From contig JARLHL010000057.1 of the NCBI GenBank assembly GCA_031292275.1, forward strand, positions 1 to 59,607: a stretch of DNA of 59,607 nt, in the 5' to 3' direction. The position numbers and the translations under genes were made by a program. Below are positions 29,180-40,029 of this stretch, piece by piece. This DNA is from Desulfocapsaceae bacterium. GTDB lineage: Bacteria; Desulfobacterota; Desulfobulbia; Desulfobulbales; Desulfocapsaceae. The notes under the pieces are model-generated. The model worked only from the letters and a program-made list of their open reading frames with translations, was not told the origin of the DNA and searched no databases. Position 1 is the stretch's first letter. Each line of letters opens with the position of its first letter.

Positions 29180-29740
29180 TTAAGGCGACTTAATCGTCCA
29201 TAGCGTCGCTAACAGTTGATCGATGTTCTTACCTGCGGCGCGGAATGCGGCTCGGCTGATGGCCGTTTTATTTCTCGGTAATGCAGCGCCAGGCGTCGAG
29301 TCCTCTGAAGTTAATGCAGATGTCTCTATATCTTGAGTCAAAACAACTTGCCCGACTCGGGTATCACTCAGGACATAGCGAATCATCAGTCTGCACCACC
29401 TGCTACCTTGTCCTGCCTTATGATTTCCGCGCGGAGCGCATATTGAGCAACCCCGCCATCCGAAACCGAACTAAACAAACCGGACTGCCTTAAGGAACGG
29501 ATAAGCGCCTCTTGAAAGATTGGCAATCTGTACCATAACATCGCCGTTAACCATCTGCCAAACGCTGGTATGGACACCGGTTACCGGTGCCACAGCAACT
29601 CCCGCTTGCGCAAAGGGAGAAACCTGTCGCGAAACGCTGTCCTGAGCGGGCAGCATGTCGGGGGTACATGAGTACACCCGCTGGGTAATGAGATGGCAAG
29701 CAGGCATACAAGCAGAATGCGGACATAAGGTTGAGTCATG
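29180..29740 (-). pseudogene. Lipoprotein gene remnant with an in-frame TAA and a frameshift (possibly a PqiC/DUF330-like lipoprotein)
   Basis: Minus strand MTQPYVRILLVCLLAISLPSGCTH... (lipobox), then WHR*PVSIPAFGRWL..., then a frame change into IRYVLSDTRVGQVVLTQ.... It is flanked by IS remnants. Confidence 0.35.
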
Positions 29741-29822
29741 TAAACAACCTGGCAACTGCAATAATGCTAATAAATGCTGCTCGCAAAGGGTAATCAAATA
29801 TTAGAGAACACACTTTTGTCAG

Positions 29823-31328
29823 CTAAATCAAGCTAATTTCAACATTCCAAGGCAGCAACGCCTCATAATCTTCAAGGCTTGCCGCAGTTGGCAGTTTTTC
29901 AAATATAAAGCGCAGATAGGCGTGGGGTTCGAGTTTGTTGGTCCTTGCCGTCTCTATCAAACTATAAAAGAGAGCACTGGCTTCAGCTCCTTTAGGAGTT
30001 TCTCCAAATAAAAAGTTTTTTCGACCTATTACGAATGGTCTGACGGCGTTTTCGGCGGCATTGTTGTCCGGTGAAAGCCGCCCATCGGCAAAATAGCCTA
30101 TGAGACGATTCCACTGGTTTAGAGCAGAGGTGATTGCCTTGCCGAGCAGACCCTTGGGTGGAGTCTGCGCTGCATTTTCAAACAACCAGTCATGAAATTC
30201 CTCAAGAATCGGTTTGGCCTTTTCTGACGTAGCTGAAAAATCACATCAGGCGGTTGTCCCTTTGCATTATTCTCTATTTCGTAGAGATTTCTGATATATT
30301 CCAGAGCCACGTCAGCACTCCCAGCCTTCCGGTTCTTGCCAGGGTCTTGACGACATCCATAAACTTCCGGCGGGCATGAGCGAAACAGCCGAGAGGAGAA
30401 ATTCCTTTCCTGTGATCAAGAAAATCATAGCCGCTATAGCCATCGGTCTGCACATAGCCTTGAAAATCTCCAAGGAATGCAGCGGCAACACTTCCGGCAT
30501 GGGTCGGATGATATTGATAAACAAGCATTGGTTTCTCGGGATCTCTGCGACGGAAAACCCACATATATGAGAGAGAAGTCGGATCCCGACCAGGTTCCTG
30601 CAGGTCCTGGAGTGTTGTCTCGTCGATATGATGGTACGTCCAGGCTAATATCTCGTCCTGGAGCAGATTCAGCAGGGGCTGACAGGAGGAAGCGGCCTGC
30701 ATGGCCCAGGTGCACATGGAAGTCCGGGATAAATTGATCCCCAGACGGAAAAACTGTTTCTCTTGTCGGTAAAATGGTAGCGCGTCAACAAACTTGCCCG
30801 TCAGGATATGAGCCAGGATGCTGGGGCTGGCGATGGATTTCGGAATAACCTGGGTACGGCAGGGGAAATTTTGACGGCAGGACTATCATCTTCCAGACCT
30901 TCACAGTGTCTACAGGCATATTTGGCCCGGATATGACGAATAACCTGGAGCTTCGCCGGCACAATATCCAGCTGCTCAAGGGCTTCTTCACCGATACGCG
31001 ACAGTTCAGGGCCGCATCCGCAGATCTTTTCCTCTGACGGGATGTCATGGATAACCTCCACCCATGGCAGATCCTCGGGGAGCGGCTTTCTCCCTCCTTG
31101 CTTGCGGGTATGGGCAGGAACATCGGTGGTCTTACCTTCAGGTTCGATGGAATTCGGCTCCGGAAGATCGAAAAGCGGTAAGGGTTGAGGACCACCAATC
31201 GGCATCTTCTCGCTCTTCTTCCCGTACAACTGCTGGCGGAGAAGTCGTATCTGCTCAAGCAGTATCCCGTTTTCTTTGTCAAAACGTGCCTGTTGCTTCT
31301 CGAATCGGGCTTGGGCGTCGAGGAGCAT
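29823..31328 (-). mobile_element. IS66-family transposase (TnpC-type) gene split into three pieces by frameshifts; pseudogenised IS66 element lacking tnpA/tnpB
   Basis: Pieces 31328..30801 (N-terminal zinc-finger region ...KYACRHCEG...), 30717..30274 (DDE core ...SYMWVF...DGYSGYDFL...CFAHARRKF) and 30185..29823 (C-terminus DNNAAENAVRPFVIGRKNFLFGETPKGAEASALFYSLIETARTNKLEPHAYL) lie in different frames. Confidence 0.8.
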
Positions 31329-31807
31329 CTGCCTTGGGGCGAGGGTTTCGTCGGGGACGATTTTCGCAGGTTGAATTCATGACTGTTATCATACTTCAAT
31401 GCAATGATATTACAAAAAATATATTAATTCGACCTGGCTTTTATTTACCCTCACGTCACCATCGAAAAGGACAGCCCGCCATGTGCATCCTGCTGTACCA
31501 GTGAAAGTCCGTCCATCGGCCAACACAACTCCCTGGTTCCGACTTTACATTGCCAAAAATCATTTCATGCCAATAGGCACGACAGAGACTGTCTCAAAGA
31601 TAATCAGGAACTCATCTCGTGTTTTGAAACGGCATAGACCTAACAATAATAAAGATGGGCATCCTTTGTTGCTCCGACTTGTGATCGTAGCGTCTGAACA
31701 TAAGACAATATGTAATATTTTGTCTTATGTTGCTGTGTTTAGATAAAAAAAAGGCAGAGCCAAATGAATGCCCCTGCCTTTATGTATCTACTCTGCTGAG
31801 AAAGTGA

Positions 31808-32611
31808 TTAGACTTTTTTCTTTGTCTTTAGGCGGAATCCTGCAAGTCCCGCCAGACCACTCCCCAAAAGGAGCATGGTGGTTGGCTCAGGAGTGGGCAT
31901 TGGGTCGTTTACCTCAATATCGTTGACGTAGAAACCACTCGCCACACCATAGCCAAAATTACTGCCGGAGATCGCACTCAAGATTTCGACTTCTGTAACT
32001 CCCTGCCAGTTAAGGGTCACATGCTGAACTCCAGAATTGGCCGTGACCTGTTGCGAATCAATCACTGTCCCTCCGGTGTTGGCCGTCCCGTTCAATCCGA
32101 CGATTTCCAGGTTGGTTGATGCGCCGGATATAGAGAGAGAGTTCAAAGTCGCTGGTCCTGGCGTGGGTGTCGAACCTGGAGTCACGAACAAGAAATACAA
32201 AGGCATGCTATTTGACGTTGCATAGTCTCCCGAGTATAGCGAGTTGCTAGTACCTAAGGTCGTCTCCGTACCCGACAAGGCCGGCACTCCATTGGTCCCC
32301 GGCAGGGAGAATGGTCCCCCAGCGGTCAAATAGATCTTCGAGCTATTATTACCCTGGCCAAAAGTGGACTGGAACTCGATCGTAGCGGCTCCGGCTCCAG
32401 TCCCCTCTGTCCAAGGGCCAACCTGCGCAAAACTTGAGTTGAGGATTTCTGTCCCGCTAACAGGATCGTAAGCGGGGTTGTAATATATGAATCCTCTATT
32501 GCGGTAGGTAGAAGTATTGAGGGTGGAAAAGTCGAAGGTGACAGCCTGTGCTGGAGCACACCAGATTAAAGTTCCCAGCATTAATGTAGACGCTAGTAAT
32601 TTTTTTCTCAT
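31808..32611 (-). CDS. PEP-CTERM sorting-domain secreted protein (exosortase substrate)
   Basis: N-terminal signal peptide MRKKLLASTLMLGTLIWCAPAQA; a Thr/Gly/Ser/Asn-rich body; C-terminal PTPEPTTMLLLGSGLAGLAGFRLKTKKKV is the PEP-CTERM motif plus TM plus basic tail. Confidence 0.8.
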   Translation of the reverse strand: MRKKLLASTLMLGTLIWCAPAQAVTFDFSTLNTSTYRNRGFIYYNPAYDPVSGTEILNSSFAQVGPWTEGTGAGAATIEFQSTFGQGNNSSKIYLTAGGPFSLPGTNGVPALSGTETTLGTSNSLYSGDYATSNSMPLYFLFVTPGSTPTPGPATLNSLSISGASTNLEIVGLNGTANTGGTVIDSQQVTANSGVQHVTLNWQGVTEVEILSAISGSNFGYGVASGFYVNDIEVNDPMPTPEPTTMLLLGSGLAGLAGFRLKTKKKV

Positions 32612-33191
32612 GTTCCTCTCCTATTTAGATCACTTAGACTGATGAATGTATAATATGCCAGCTACTGTTTTGTTGCCAACCATCAGATGCAGGACAATAT
32701 TCATGATGGTTTTTATGGAATCAGCAGCAACTTACTGCTAATGCAGACAATCTTTCAATTTTCATGCCAACCATTGCATTACTACAATGTAGTAGTAATA
32801 ACAATAATATACGATTGCAGATACAAAGATAGGAGTAGGAATTTTTCCTATATATGGAATTTTTATCCATAATTGCGGAATAATCAGCCTGTGCGACAAA
32901 GCTGCCACTGTTTTAATGGAAACATTAGACAAAAGTATAATATTATCTAATGCGTTGGGATTCTCAAACGGAATATCAATCACTTACCTGTCGAACACAA
33001 CCAAAAATTCGACAAAATGAAGAACGGCGAAAAGGTCTTTTTCAAAAAGATGTCATTCTGATTTTCAGATGACATGTCCAAGATAGTTCCTGAGAACAGA
33101 ATAAGAGTCTCTCTTTAACGCGATTGAATTCAACCAGACCTTATAAAAGGCAAGATTATAATGAATATTAGCAGCTTATCCAGTGCATTTC

Positions 33192-33905
33192 TTATCGGTA
33201 AATGTCCTGCCCTTTCAGGGTGTCAGCACAAGTCGAGCCTGATCCGAAATTATTCGCAAAGCAACCCGGAAGGGCCGCACAGAGTTCCCGCATGGATTTG
33301 ATCATCCAAGTCGGCGACACGGGGAGCGCAGACGGATCGAAATGGCTCCACTTGACAAAGATCGTGTCGATTCCAGCACCTGCACCGCTGCAGATATCGA
33401 AATGGGCGTCGCCGACGAACACCGTCTTGTCCCTGTCCGCCCCGAGAAGTGCCATGGCTTTCAGGGCAGGCTCCGGGTCAGGCTTGTGCCTGCCGGTATC
33501 TTCAGGTGTAACCAGAGCATCGAAATACTTTGACGTGCCAGTGATCTGAAGCAGCACTTCCAGACTGAGGCGCTTCCGCGAAGTGACAATGGCCAGCCTC
33601 CTGCCACTTTCCTGCAATGCGGCGAGGACTGTGGCCACTTCAGGAAAGAGCTTGACGCTCCCTTTCATGGCTTGCAGCTGATACTGAAGATAATCGTCCA
33701 GAATCATGTCATAATCCAAACCCGGGCCGAGATGGTTGACGATTTGATTGACTAGCGGGCTGCCGATCCCTGCCATGATTTGCTGTCGCGGCAGCGATCG
33801 GCAGCCATATTTTTCCAGGATATAATCAAAGCATCGACAAATCAGATCCACTGTATCGAACAGCGTGCCGTCGGCATCGAACAGATAGGTATCGTAGAGT
33901 TTCAT
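33192..33905 (-). CDS. HAD-superfamily hydrolase (phosphoglycolate phosphatase-like)
   Basis: Motif I LFDADGTLFDT, motif II IVTSRKR, motif IV VFVGDAHFD. Start taken at MKLYD (33905); the ORF track's longer start is at 33986. Confidence 0.8.
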   Translation of the reverse strand: MKLYDTYLFDADGTLFDTVDLICRCFDYILEKYGCRSLPRQQIMAGIGSPLVNQIVNHLGPGLDYDMILDDYLQYQLQAMKGSVKLFPEVATVLAALQESGRRLAIVTSRKRLSLEVLLQITGTSKYFDALVTPEDTGRHKPDPEPALKAMALLGADRDKTVFVGDAHFDICSGAGAGIDTIFVKWSHFDPSALPVSPTWMIKSMRELCAALPGCFANNFGSGSTCADTLKGQDIYR

Positions 33906-34389
33906 CTTTCCAAGGTTGTTGTCTGAGGAGCGACATCGGCCTTGTCGGCGATGCCGGAGACGGGGGCCGTGATGTACTGAGGACAACCATCATGCGTTCT
34001 TCCCGAACTTCATCTGTACCATAGATACGATGAGTGCAAATTCCTAGAGGTTTCTCAGCATGCTGTCCGTTAAAGGTATTGATCAAGGTAGCTCCGATTT
34101 ATACGTCACTCCCCATATTCCCTAAATAGACGCCGACATTACCCCATCAGATATAGCAGGAATCTAAAGTTGATGCGATGGTGATCGAGCTGGATCGTTA
34201 AAATGGCAATAGTAATGCTCGTCATGATCCGCACGCTTTAACACTCCAGGAACACTATTAATCAGATGTTCCTTTGAGCGGATATAGGTTGCCGCGCTCA
34301 CTCTATAGATTTGCCAATAGCTCCCAGGAAAAAGCCATTGCAGGCATCTCTCTCCTTCAACCTGTCGGATAGCCCAAAGACTGTAAAGA

Positions 34390-35298
34390 TCAGCCGGCAC
34401 ACAACTGAGTCCTGTTCCCGGCGACCTCTTGTGATCTTGCCAATTCCAGCCAAGCCTGGGCTGCAGGAGAAAGGTATCCTCCTTGCCGCCAGATCAGCGC
34501 CATATGCCAATAGATAGCCGGTTGTTCGATGGCGACACATTTGGTTAAAGGGTGTGGCCGCTGCTGGGCAATCATCCGTGGCAGGAAACAGACACCAAGC
34601 TTGACGGCAACCAGTTCGATGATAAAATCGATCTGGCTTGAATAAGCCGCTACTTTGGGTGTAAAGCCACTTTGCCGACACGCCTCGATGATCATCGGGT
34701 TCAACGCAAAGCCCTCCCCATAAAGGACAAATGGCACTTCCGCCAACTCTGCGAATGTGAGGGTGTCACTTTGCGCCAGCGGATGGTCGACTGCAAGCAG
34801 TATGTCAATCGGCTCACGACGCAATTCTTGCCACTCAAAATGTTCACTAACCGGCAACAATGAAGCGGCAAAGTCGAGTTCTCCATTAAGAACAAGTTCC
34901 TCAAGCCGCTTGCTACCGTATTCTACCAGTTTCAGATCCACTCCCGGGTACCGACTGAGGTAGGCGACGAACCAGCGGGCAAACAGGGTGTTGCTGCCAA
35001 TCGGCGGAAATCCAAGTCGCAGTGTACCGCTCGTGAGTCCACGGAGTTCTTGGATCTCCGCCTTCAGATCGTCGCCCTCCGCAAGGATTATCAAAGCTCG
35101 GCGATAGACGACCGCCCCGGCATCCGTCAGGGCGCAGTGATGACCGACCCGATCGAGAAGTTGCAACCCCAGTTCTTCTTCGAGTTGTTTGACCGCTTTA
35201 CTCACCGTCGACTGTGTTGCGAACACGGTCTTGGCCGCCTGCGTAAAGCCTCCCTGCCGAACTACCTCAACAAATGCCCGCAGCGTTCGGATCTCCAT
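34390..35298 (-). CDS. LysR-family transcriptional regulator (CidR-like arrangement)
   Basis: N-terminal HTH MEIRTLRAFVEVVRQGGFTQAAKTVFATQSTVSKAVKQLEEELG and a LysR substrate-binding domain; divergent from the cidA/lrgA-like operon. Confidence 0.9.
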   Translation of the reverse strand: MEIRTLRAFVEVVRQGGFTQAAKTVFATQSTVSKAVKQLEEELGLQLLDRVGHHCALTDAGAVVYRRALIILAEGDDLKAEIQELRGLTSGTLRLGFPPIGSNTLFARWFVAYLSRYPGVDLKLVEYGSKRLEELVLNGELDFAASLLPVSEHFEWQELRREPIDILLAVDHPLAQSDTLTFAELAEVPFVLYGEGFALNPMIIEACRQSGFTPKVAAYSSQIDFIIELVAVKLGVCFLPRMIAQQRPHPLTKCVAIEQPAIYWHMALIWRQGGYLSPAAQAWLELARSQEVAGNRTQLCAG

Positions 35299-35399
35299 AT
35301 TATTCCTATTTCGAATAGAATATATTCTGTAAATTCATTTTACGAATAACAGACTCTGGCTTATAGTGCAAGCAGGTAAAGACAAAAAAGGAACCATTC

Positions 35400-35822
35400 A
35401 TGACCATACAACACAGCAAAATAATTTTACGACGGTTTTGCCGTTCAAGCCGCATGCTTCAGATCGTGCTCATACTCGGATTCTGGCTAGCCGGCGAAGG
35501 CATAGTGCAGGTGATCGGCCTGCCGATACCCGGTGCGGTCGCAGGACTGTTCATTGTTCTCGCATTGCTTATCAGTAAACGACTCAGCTTGCGCACAGTG
35601 CGGTTGGGGGCACGATGGTTTCTCGCAGAGATGCTGCTCTTTTTCGTTCCCGCAGTCTTGGCGATTTTGAACCACCCGGAATTCCTGGGACTGCTAGGTT
35701 TGAAAATCCTTACTGTAATCGTTGGAAGCACTCTGACCGTCATGGTTATTACTTCGGCGGTAATCGATCTTTGGTTCCGCTGGGCCGTCTCCCGGAGAGA
35801 ATATGACAATGCTCAAAAATGA
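35400..35822 (+). CDS. CidA/LrgA-family holin-like protein
   Basis: 140 aa, 4 TM, family motif LGFWLAGEGIVQVIGLPIPGAVAGLFIVL. Confidence 0.85.
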   Translation: MTIQHSKIILRRFCRSSRMLQIVLILGFWLAGEGIVQVIGLPIPGAVAGLFIVLALLISKRLSLRTVRLGARWFLAEMLLFFVPAVLAILNHPEFLGLLGLKILTVIVGSTLTVMVITSAVIDLWFRWAVSRREYDNAQK

Positions 35823-36522
35823 CCCACTGCTTCAGGCGTTGTTCTGGTCTGTAATGACTATCGCATTTTACGCCTTTGGCAAAGAACTGCATCACCGACG
35901 TCCGTGCTTTTGGACCTCGCCGCTTGTTGTTGCACCACTCCTGCTCATCCTGGCTGCTCTTTCCTTACACGTTACCTACGGCCAGTATATCAGCGGCACG
36001 CACTGGCTGGTCGGGATGCTTGCACCGGCGACCGTTGCCTTTGCCATTCCTATTTACGAAGAGCGCGTCCTGATCAGCTATCACTGGCCGTTGCTGATCA
36101 TGGGGGTACTGGTCGGTAGCGTAATATCGATGCTCTCCTCCTGGGGATTGGCAGATTTGCTAGGCCTCAGCAGAAGCCTACGCCTGAGCCTATTGCCTCG
36201 TTCGGTGACGACGCCATTTGCGATGATTATATCGGGTGACATCGGCGGGGTGCCGCAACTCACCGCCGTCTTCGTTCTGATAACCGGTGTTCTGGGAGTG
36301 ACGATCGGCGAGGTGTTGCTTAGCGTTCTGCCGCTGCAGTCAGCTTTGGCGCGAGGGGTACTCCTGGGAATGGGTGCCCATGCTGTCGGAACCGCCAAGG
36401 GCCACCAAATCGACAAGGAAGTCGGCGCGATAGCCGGGCTCGTCATGGTGCTCGTCGGTCTTCTCAATGTTTTGGCCGCTCCACTGCTTGGTCATCTGCT
36501 TGCGGCGATCCAGAAACAATGA
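35803..36522 (+). CDS. LrgB/CidB-family membrane protein
   Basis: 239 aa polytopic protein overlapping the upstream gene by 20 nt; LrgB-type helices (TPFAMIISGDIGGVPQLTAVFVLITGVLG). Confidence 0.85.
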   Translation: MTMLKNDPLLQALFWSVMTIAFYAFGKELHHRRPCFWTSPLVVAPLLLILAALSLHVTYGQYISGTHWLVGMLAPATVAFAIPIYEERVLISYHWPLLIMGVLVGSVISMLSSWGLADLLGLSRSLRLSLLPRSVTTPFAMIISGDIGGVPQLTAVFVLITGVLGVTIGEVLLSVLPLQSALARGVLLGMGAHAVGTAKGHQIDKEVGAIAGLVMVLVGLLNVLAAPLLGHLLAAIQKQ

Positions 36523-36839
36523 CCAGGATGTATGCTTGATGTGCATTTTCTGGGAGTCAATAAATGGACTTCCCATTATAGGTAGTATAACTTTAATAGA
36601 GGTTAAAAATCATGGAAAAGAAGGATCTGGTTTTTCTCGCAGCAAGTGACGCCACATTTCATCAGTTCAATGGCAATACCCAAGAAGACAAGGAAACCAT
36701 AAAAAAATGTTTCCGAACCTGGCATCAGATTTTTTCGGAACTGTACAGCGAAATCCCCAAACTTAAAAAGGAGTTCGACTTTATGGCGACCTTTTAAAGG
36801 GGAAGCAACGTCAATTATGTCGCTAGATTGACGCTTGAA

Positions 36840-37100
36840 GTTTATTCCAATAAAGAGACCTTTGACCTTTGTCCAAGGTCAGAGTTCATAGGCTTTGACG
36901 TATGAACGGCTCATTGCTATATCCGCGTTGAGTTGTCCCACAGCTCAACAGAAGGAGAAGCAATGAGCCGTTTCCGGAAGTTATCACAAACGATATGGCA
37001 TTGCCAATATCACAAGCAATCCAAGATCAAAGCGACCACATCTTCTGCACGGGTTCCGGGCCGACCTTCAGGATGCCTATGCGGTTCGGCACACTGACGT
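36840..37100 (+). mobile_element. IS200/IS605-family remnant: left-end hairpins plus a truncated tnpA (first 17 codons conserved, then divergent)
   Basis: Hairpins TGACCTTTGTCCAAGGTCA and GTTGAG...CTCAAC precede GAAGGAGAAGcaATG. The translation MSRFRKLSQTIWHCQYH... matches the IS200 TnpA N-terminus (..W.C.YH) and then runs to a stop after 44 codons. Confidence 0.5.
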
Positions 37101-37170
37101 CATTTCGCTTTTGATGAGTTCGTCTGCGGATGCCGGACGTACACAGAAGATTCTCCCTATACTAATGTGA

Positions 37171-37671
37171 TCAAGGTGTCTTGACGATTTTGGTGAAAAG
37201 ATAACCGTTGTTCGCCACTGGCATATGACATTGGAAACACTCGTTGACAAAACTGGGGTCTTTCCCATAGGGTTTGAGCTCATTCCCCACAAATCGAGCA
37301 AAACCCCAACCACCTGTATTTTTATACTTCTTAGCATCCTTTACCATAAATTCAACTTGTACGAACTCTCCCGGAACCGTTGCGTCAGAAAACGAGGGAT
37401 GTTTTTCGGCCTTCCAGGCTACCTTTGCCAGCACACTCCCATCCGGCAGTGGATTCTTGCCAGCCAGCAAAGCCGCGACAGCAATCTCGTTGCCGGTTAT
37501 GATGCGGATTTGGCCCTTATCCTCCCGGTATGAAGGAGCAATAACTTTCCACTTCATGTAATTGGGATAATAGGAAATTCCATTAGGAGAAATCGGAATT
37601 TTGGCGGCTGAAATCAATATCGGAGTAAGGAGGCTGATGGCAATAAGCAGTAATAGTTTTTTCATGTGCAT
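37171..37671 (-). CDS. Cytochrome P460-family protein
   Basis: Signal peptide MHMKKLLLLIAISLLTPILISAA. The family core GSVLAKVAWKAEK...GGWGFARF and a C-terminal haem-c site CFQCH place it in the P460 family. Confidence 0.75.
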   Translation of the reverse strand: MHMKKLLLLIAISLLTPILISAAKIPISPNGISYYPNYMKWKVIAPSYREDKGQIRIITGNEIAVAALLAGKNPLPDGSVLAKVAWKAEKHPSFSDATVPGEFVQVEFMVKDAKKYKNTGGWGFARFVGNELKPYGKDPSFVNECFQCHMPVANNGYLFTKIVKTP

Positions 37672-38043
37672 CTCCTTTTGAAAAAATGGTCTTGGAAGAA
37701 CCTTTTAACAACAGAACATCTAGGTAAAAAAACCGTATATTCAGAGATGGACCAAAAGTTAGGGTAGAAATTACGCGAAACTGATTTCAATTCTACAAGG
37801 TTTCCACTGGCAATCCTCGGTATCGGGATACAACTCTTGGGTCGAGCTTCTTCCTGACCTTTTGCATGGCAAACAGCAGGCACCTTGAATTTGGGAATTG
37901 ACTCAATACAGAACATTGCGTTTGGAAACACGAGCAAAATAGGTTGAACTGGAGCCCATTTCTATCAAGAACATCATTCATAAAAAAAAGTAGGAGCGAG
38001 CTTTTATTTCCACCTTTTCAACCTTCCTGATTTGATGAGAAAA

Positions 38044-39321
38044 CTATTTCTTGGGAACATTTACCCCGGATTCGGAAGGTGGCTTAAAGAGCCCGCCAAG
38101 GTATTCGTTTAAACTGGGTGGCAGCCACCACAATGAAACAGTAGCTGGAAGCTTTCCGTCTGACTTATTGGCAAAAAGTCTCAATGCATCGGCGCTGGCC
38201 AATGCTTGAATGGTGGCTGTATATGGTTGAAGGGTCTTTGCTATCTCAACATCCTGGGAAGCAATGTACCGCCTGTTAATCGCATTTTGTATTTCATGGT
38301 CGAAACTGAAGGTCCCGGCCCAGCCGATGTAATCAAGGGTAATCCCTTTCCCCCCCAGAAAGACTTCCGCCCCTTTTGAAACCGTGTCCATTATCTTCGC
38401 TGCTTCGGTGTTGACTTTGTCGAGTGGCCGGGAAGAGATTTCGTTGCAGACCAAGGTTTGTACTTTGCCTCGACCGACAGTATCCATGATTTCTGAAAGA
38501 GTCCTGCCATAAAATACGGATGTAAAAATCACTTCAGGTCTGGTGCGATCGCCCGCTGGTGGTTTGACACCAAAATTATATAGATATTTTGCAGCGTTTT
38601 CCTCCTGGACAGAGGCGGCTATCGAGATTTCAACTGTAACATTTATACCCTCTGCGCTCTGACACGGAAACGATTCGTCCTTGGTCGAGGTCCCTCTGTG
38701 TGAGGATGCGACCCATTCCCGGTTGTATGGCGTACGATCGACAATAATCAACCTGCCTGTAGGAACGTAGAAATCTGTCCAGACCCCGGAACCGGAAAAT
38801 TTGGTATGGGGGATTGTGAACCTCTTGGCCGGGATCTTATTTTCTTTAAGGTATGCTTCGGAACCGAACTGGCTCTGGTTATCTTTGTTTGCACCGACAT
38901 CCGGAATGAAGAAGGCAGATTCATTGGGAAGTATAAAATACGCCTCGGTAAAATCCTGTTTATCGTAATAGCCGAAGGAATCTGCTGCTGTAAAGAGCAG
39001 GATGCACAAAATCATAAGTGCAGAAGTGCCGTTGAATTTGGATTTTGGTTTAAAAGGAGCCCACCAGATTACGACGATAACAAGCAGCAAGACGAGTACC
39101 GGGATACCGAGATCCTTAAAAAAATTCATTCCAAAATATGATGTGATATAAGATATATCGCTATTGTCGAATTGTTTCCCGGCTATTTTCCCTGAAGCAA
39201 GAGTGGCTGTAGAATGAAAGAGAAAATTAATCCATCCATACAGTAGAACAGCGACCAGGCTTGCAAAGCCCCGGACAAGAATTCTGCCTATCCTGCTCGT
39301 TTCTTTCAGTTCAACAGCCAT
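38044..39321 (-). CDS. Membrane protein with an SPFH/band-7-like domain (tentative)
   Basis: GGAG 7 nt upstream of ATG 39321 (MAVELKE...); N-terminal TM helices; the C-terminal region ...GITLDYIGWAGTFSFDHEIQNAINRRYIASQDVEIAKTLQPYTATIQALASADA resembles the SPFH core plus a helical tail. Its 3' end is duplicated at 11.4 kb. Confidence 0.5.
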   Translation of the reverse strand: MAVELKETSRIGRILVRGFASLVAVLLYGWINFLFHSTATLASGKIAGKQFDNSDISYITSYFGMNFFKDLGIPVLVLLLVIVVIWWAPFKPKSKFNGTSALMILCILLFTAADSFGYYDKQDFTEAYFILPNESAFFIPDVGANKDNQSQFGSEAYLKENKIPAKRFTIPHTKFSGSGVWTDFYVPTGRLIIVDRTPYNREWVASSHRGTSTKDESFPCQSAEGINVTVEISIAASVQEENAAKYLYNFGVKPPAGDRTRPEVIFTSVFYGRTLSEIMDTVGRGKVQTLVCNEISSRPLDKVNTEAAKIMDTVSKGAEVFLGGKGITLDYIGWAGTFSFDHEIQNAINRRYIASQDVEIAKTLQPYTATIQALASADALRLFANKSDGKLPATVSLWWLPPSLNEYLGGLFKPPSESGVNVPKK

Positions 39322-39494
39322 GATTCTTCTCCAATCAAATATTCCCACATTAGATGTTTTATTTCACTACGGTTTATCTTTAATCGGCTATTACTATACA
39401 TACGATAGATTTTCTAAAATTTCCAGTTTTGTTATAAGTACTATTCCTTTCTCGTTGGCTTGATCCTCCCGAAAGAATACGTTGACGGATGCCA

Positions 39495-39780
39495 TTCCCA
39501 TTGCGTCATAAAAGATTTGTCCTGCCGACCTTCTCTCAGGATGCTGCTGCGAATGTCGAGATTTTTCCTGACCTTCCCATCACCGTTTCCCTCAATTCTA
39601 CGTCCTCAGCCGTTTCGTTACCCTTGACGTGGCCACGATTGTCAAGGTCAAATTTCTTGCGCCGGTGATACCCATCCAGAAAAATCCGCTGATTCGTGGC
39701 ATAAAAGATTTGCTCTGTCAGTCTCGACGTAGATTGACCCTACAAGAATTGAGATATTTCCTGTCACGCCTCCTCAAAAA
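39495..39780. repeat. Two imperfect direct repeats spaced 193 bp apart, upstream of the MCP gene
   Basis: CATAAAAGATTTG recurs at 39507 and 39700. Downstream of each there is a similar stretch (GAGATTTTTCCTGACC... / GAGATATTTCCTGTCAC...CCTC). Confidence 0.4.
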
Positions 39781-40029
39781 AAAATAGGAATCCATTAATA
39801 TTTGTGCAAAGATATAATCTACTAATCTTTACTGCTATTTGCGTCGGTTTTAGTATTTAAAATACACATAAGAATCATAAGCAGATACGCATAGATCGAG
39901 ATAAGACATCGTAAATAGAGATCATTATAAGCGATGAATGCAAAATTTTAGCTGCCGTCGTGTATAGTATTTCTCCAGTTGCAAGAGGAATAATTATATA
40001 AGAGAAATCCTTTATTCAAGAGGTGATTC

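Noticed and set aside
36612-36797. 61-aa ORF MEKKDLVFLAASDATFHQF… downstream of lrgB
   Set aside because: Has a modest RBS but no recognisable features or conservation evidence, so confidence is too low to list as a gene.
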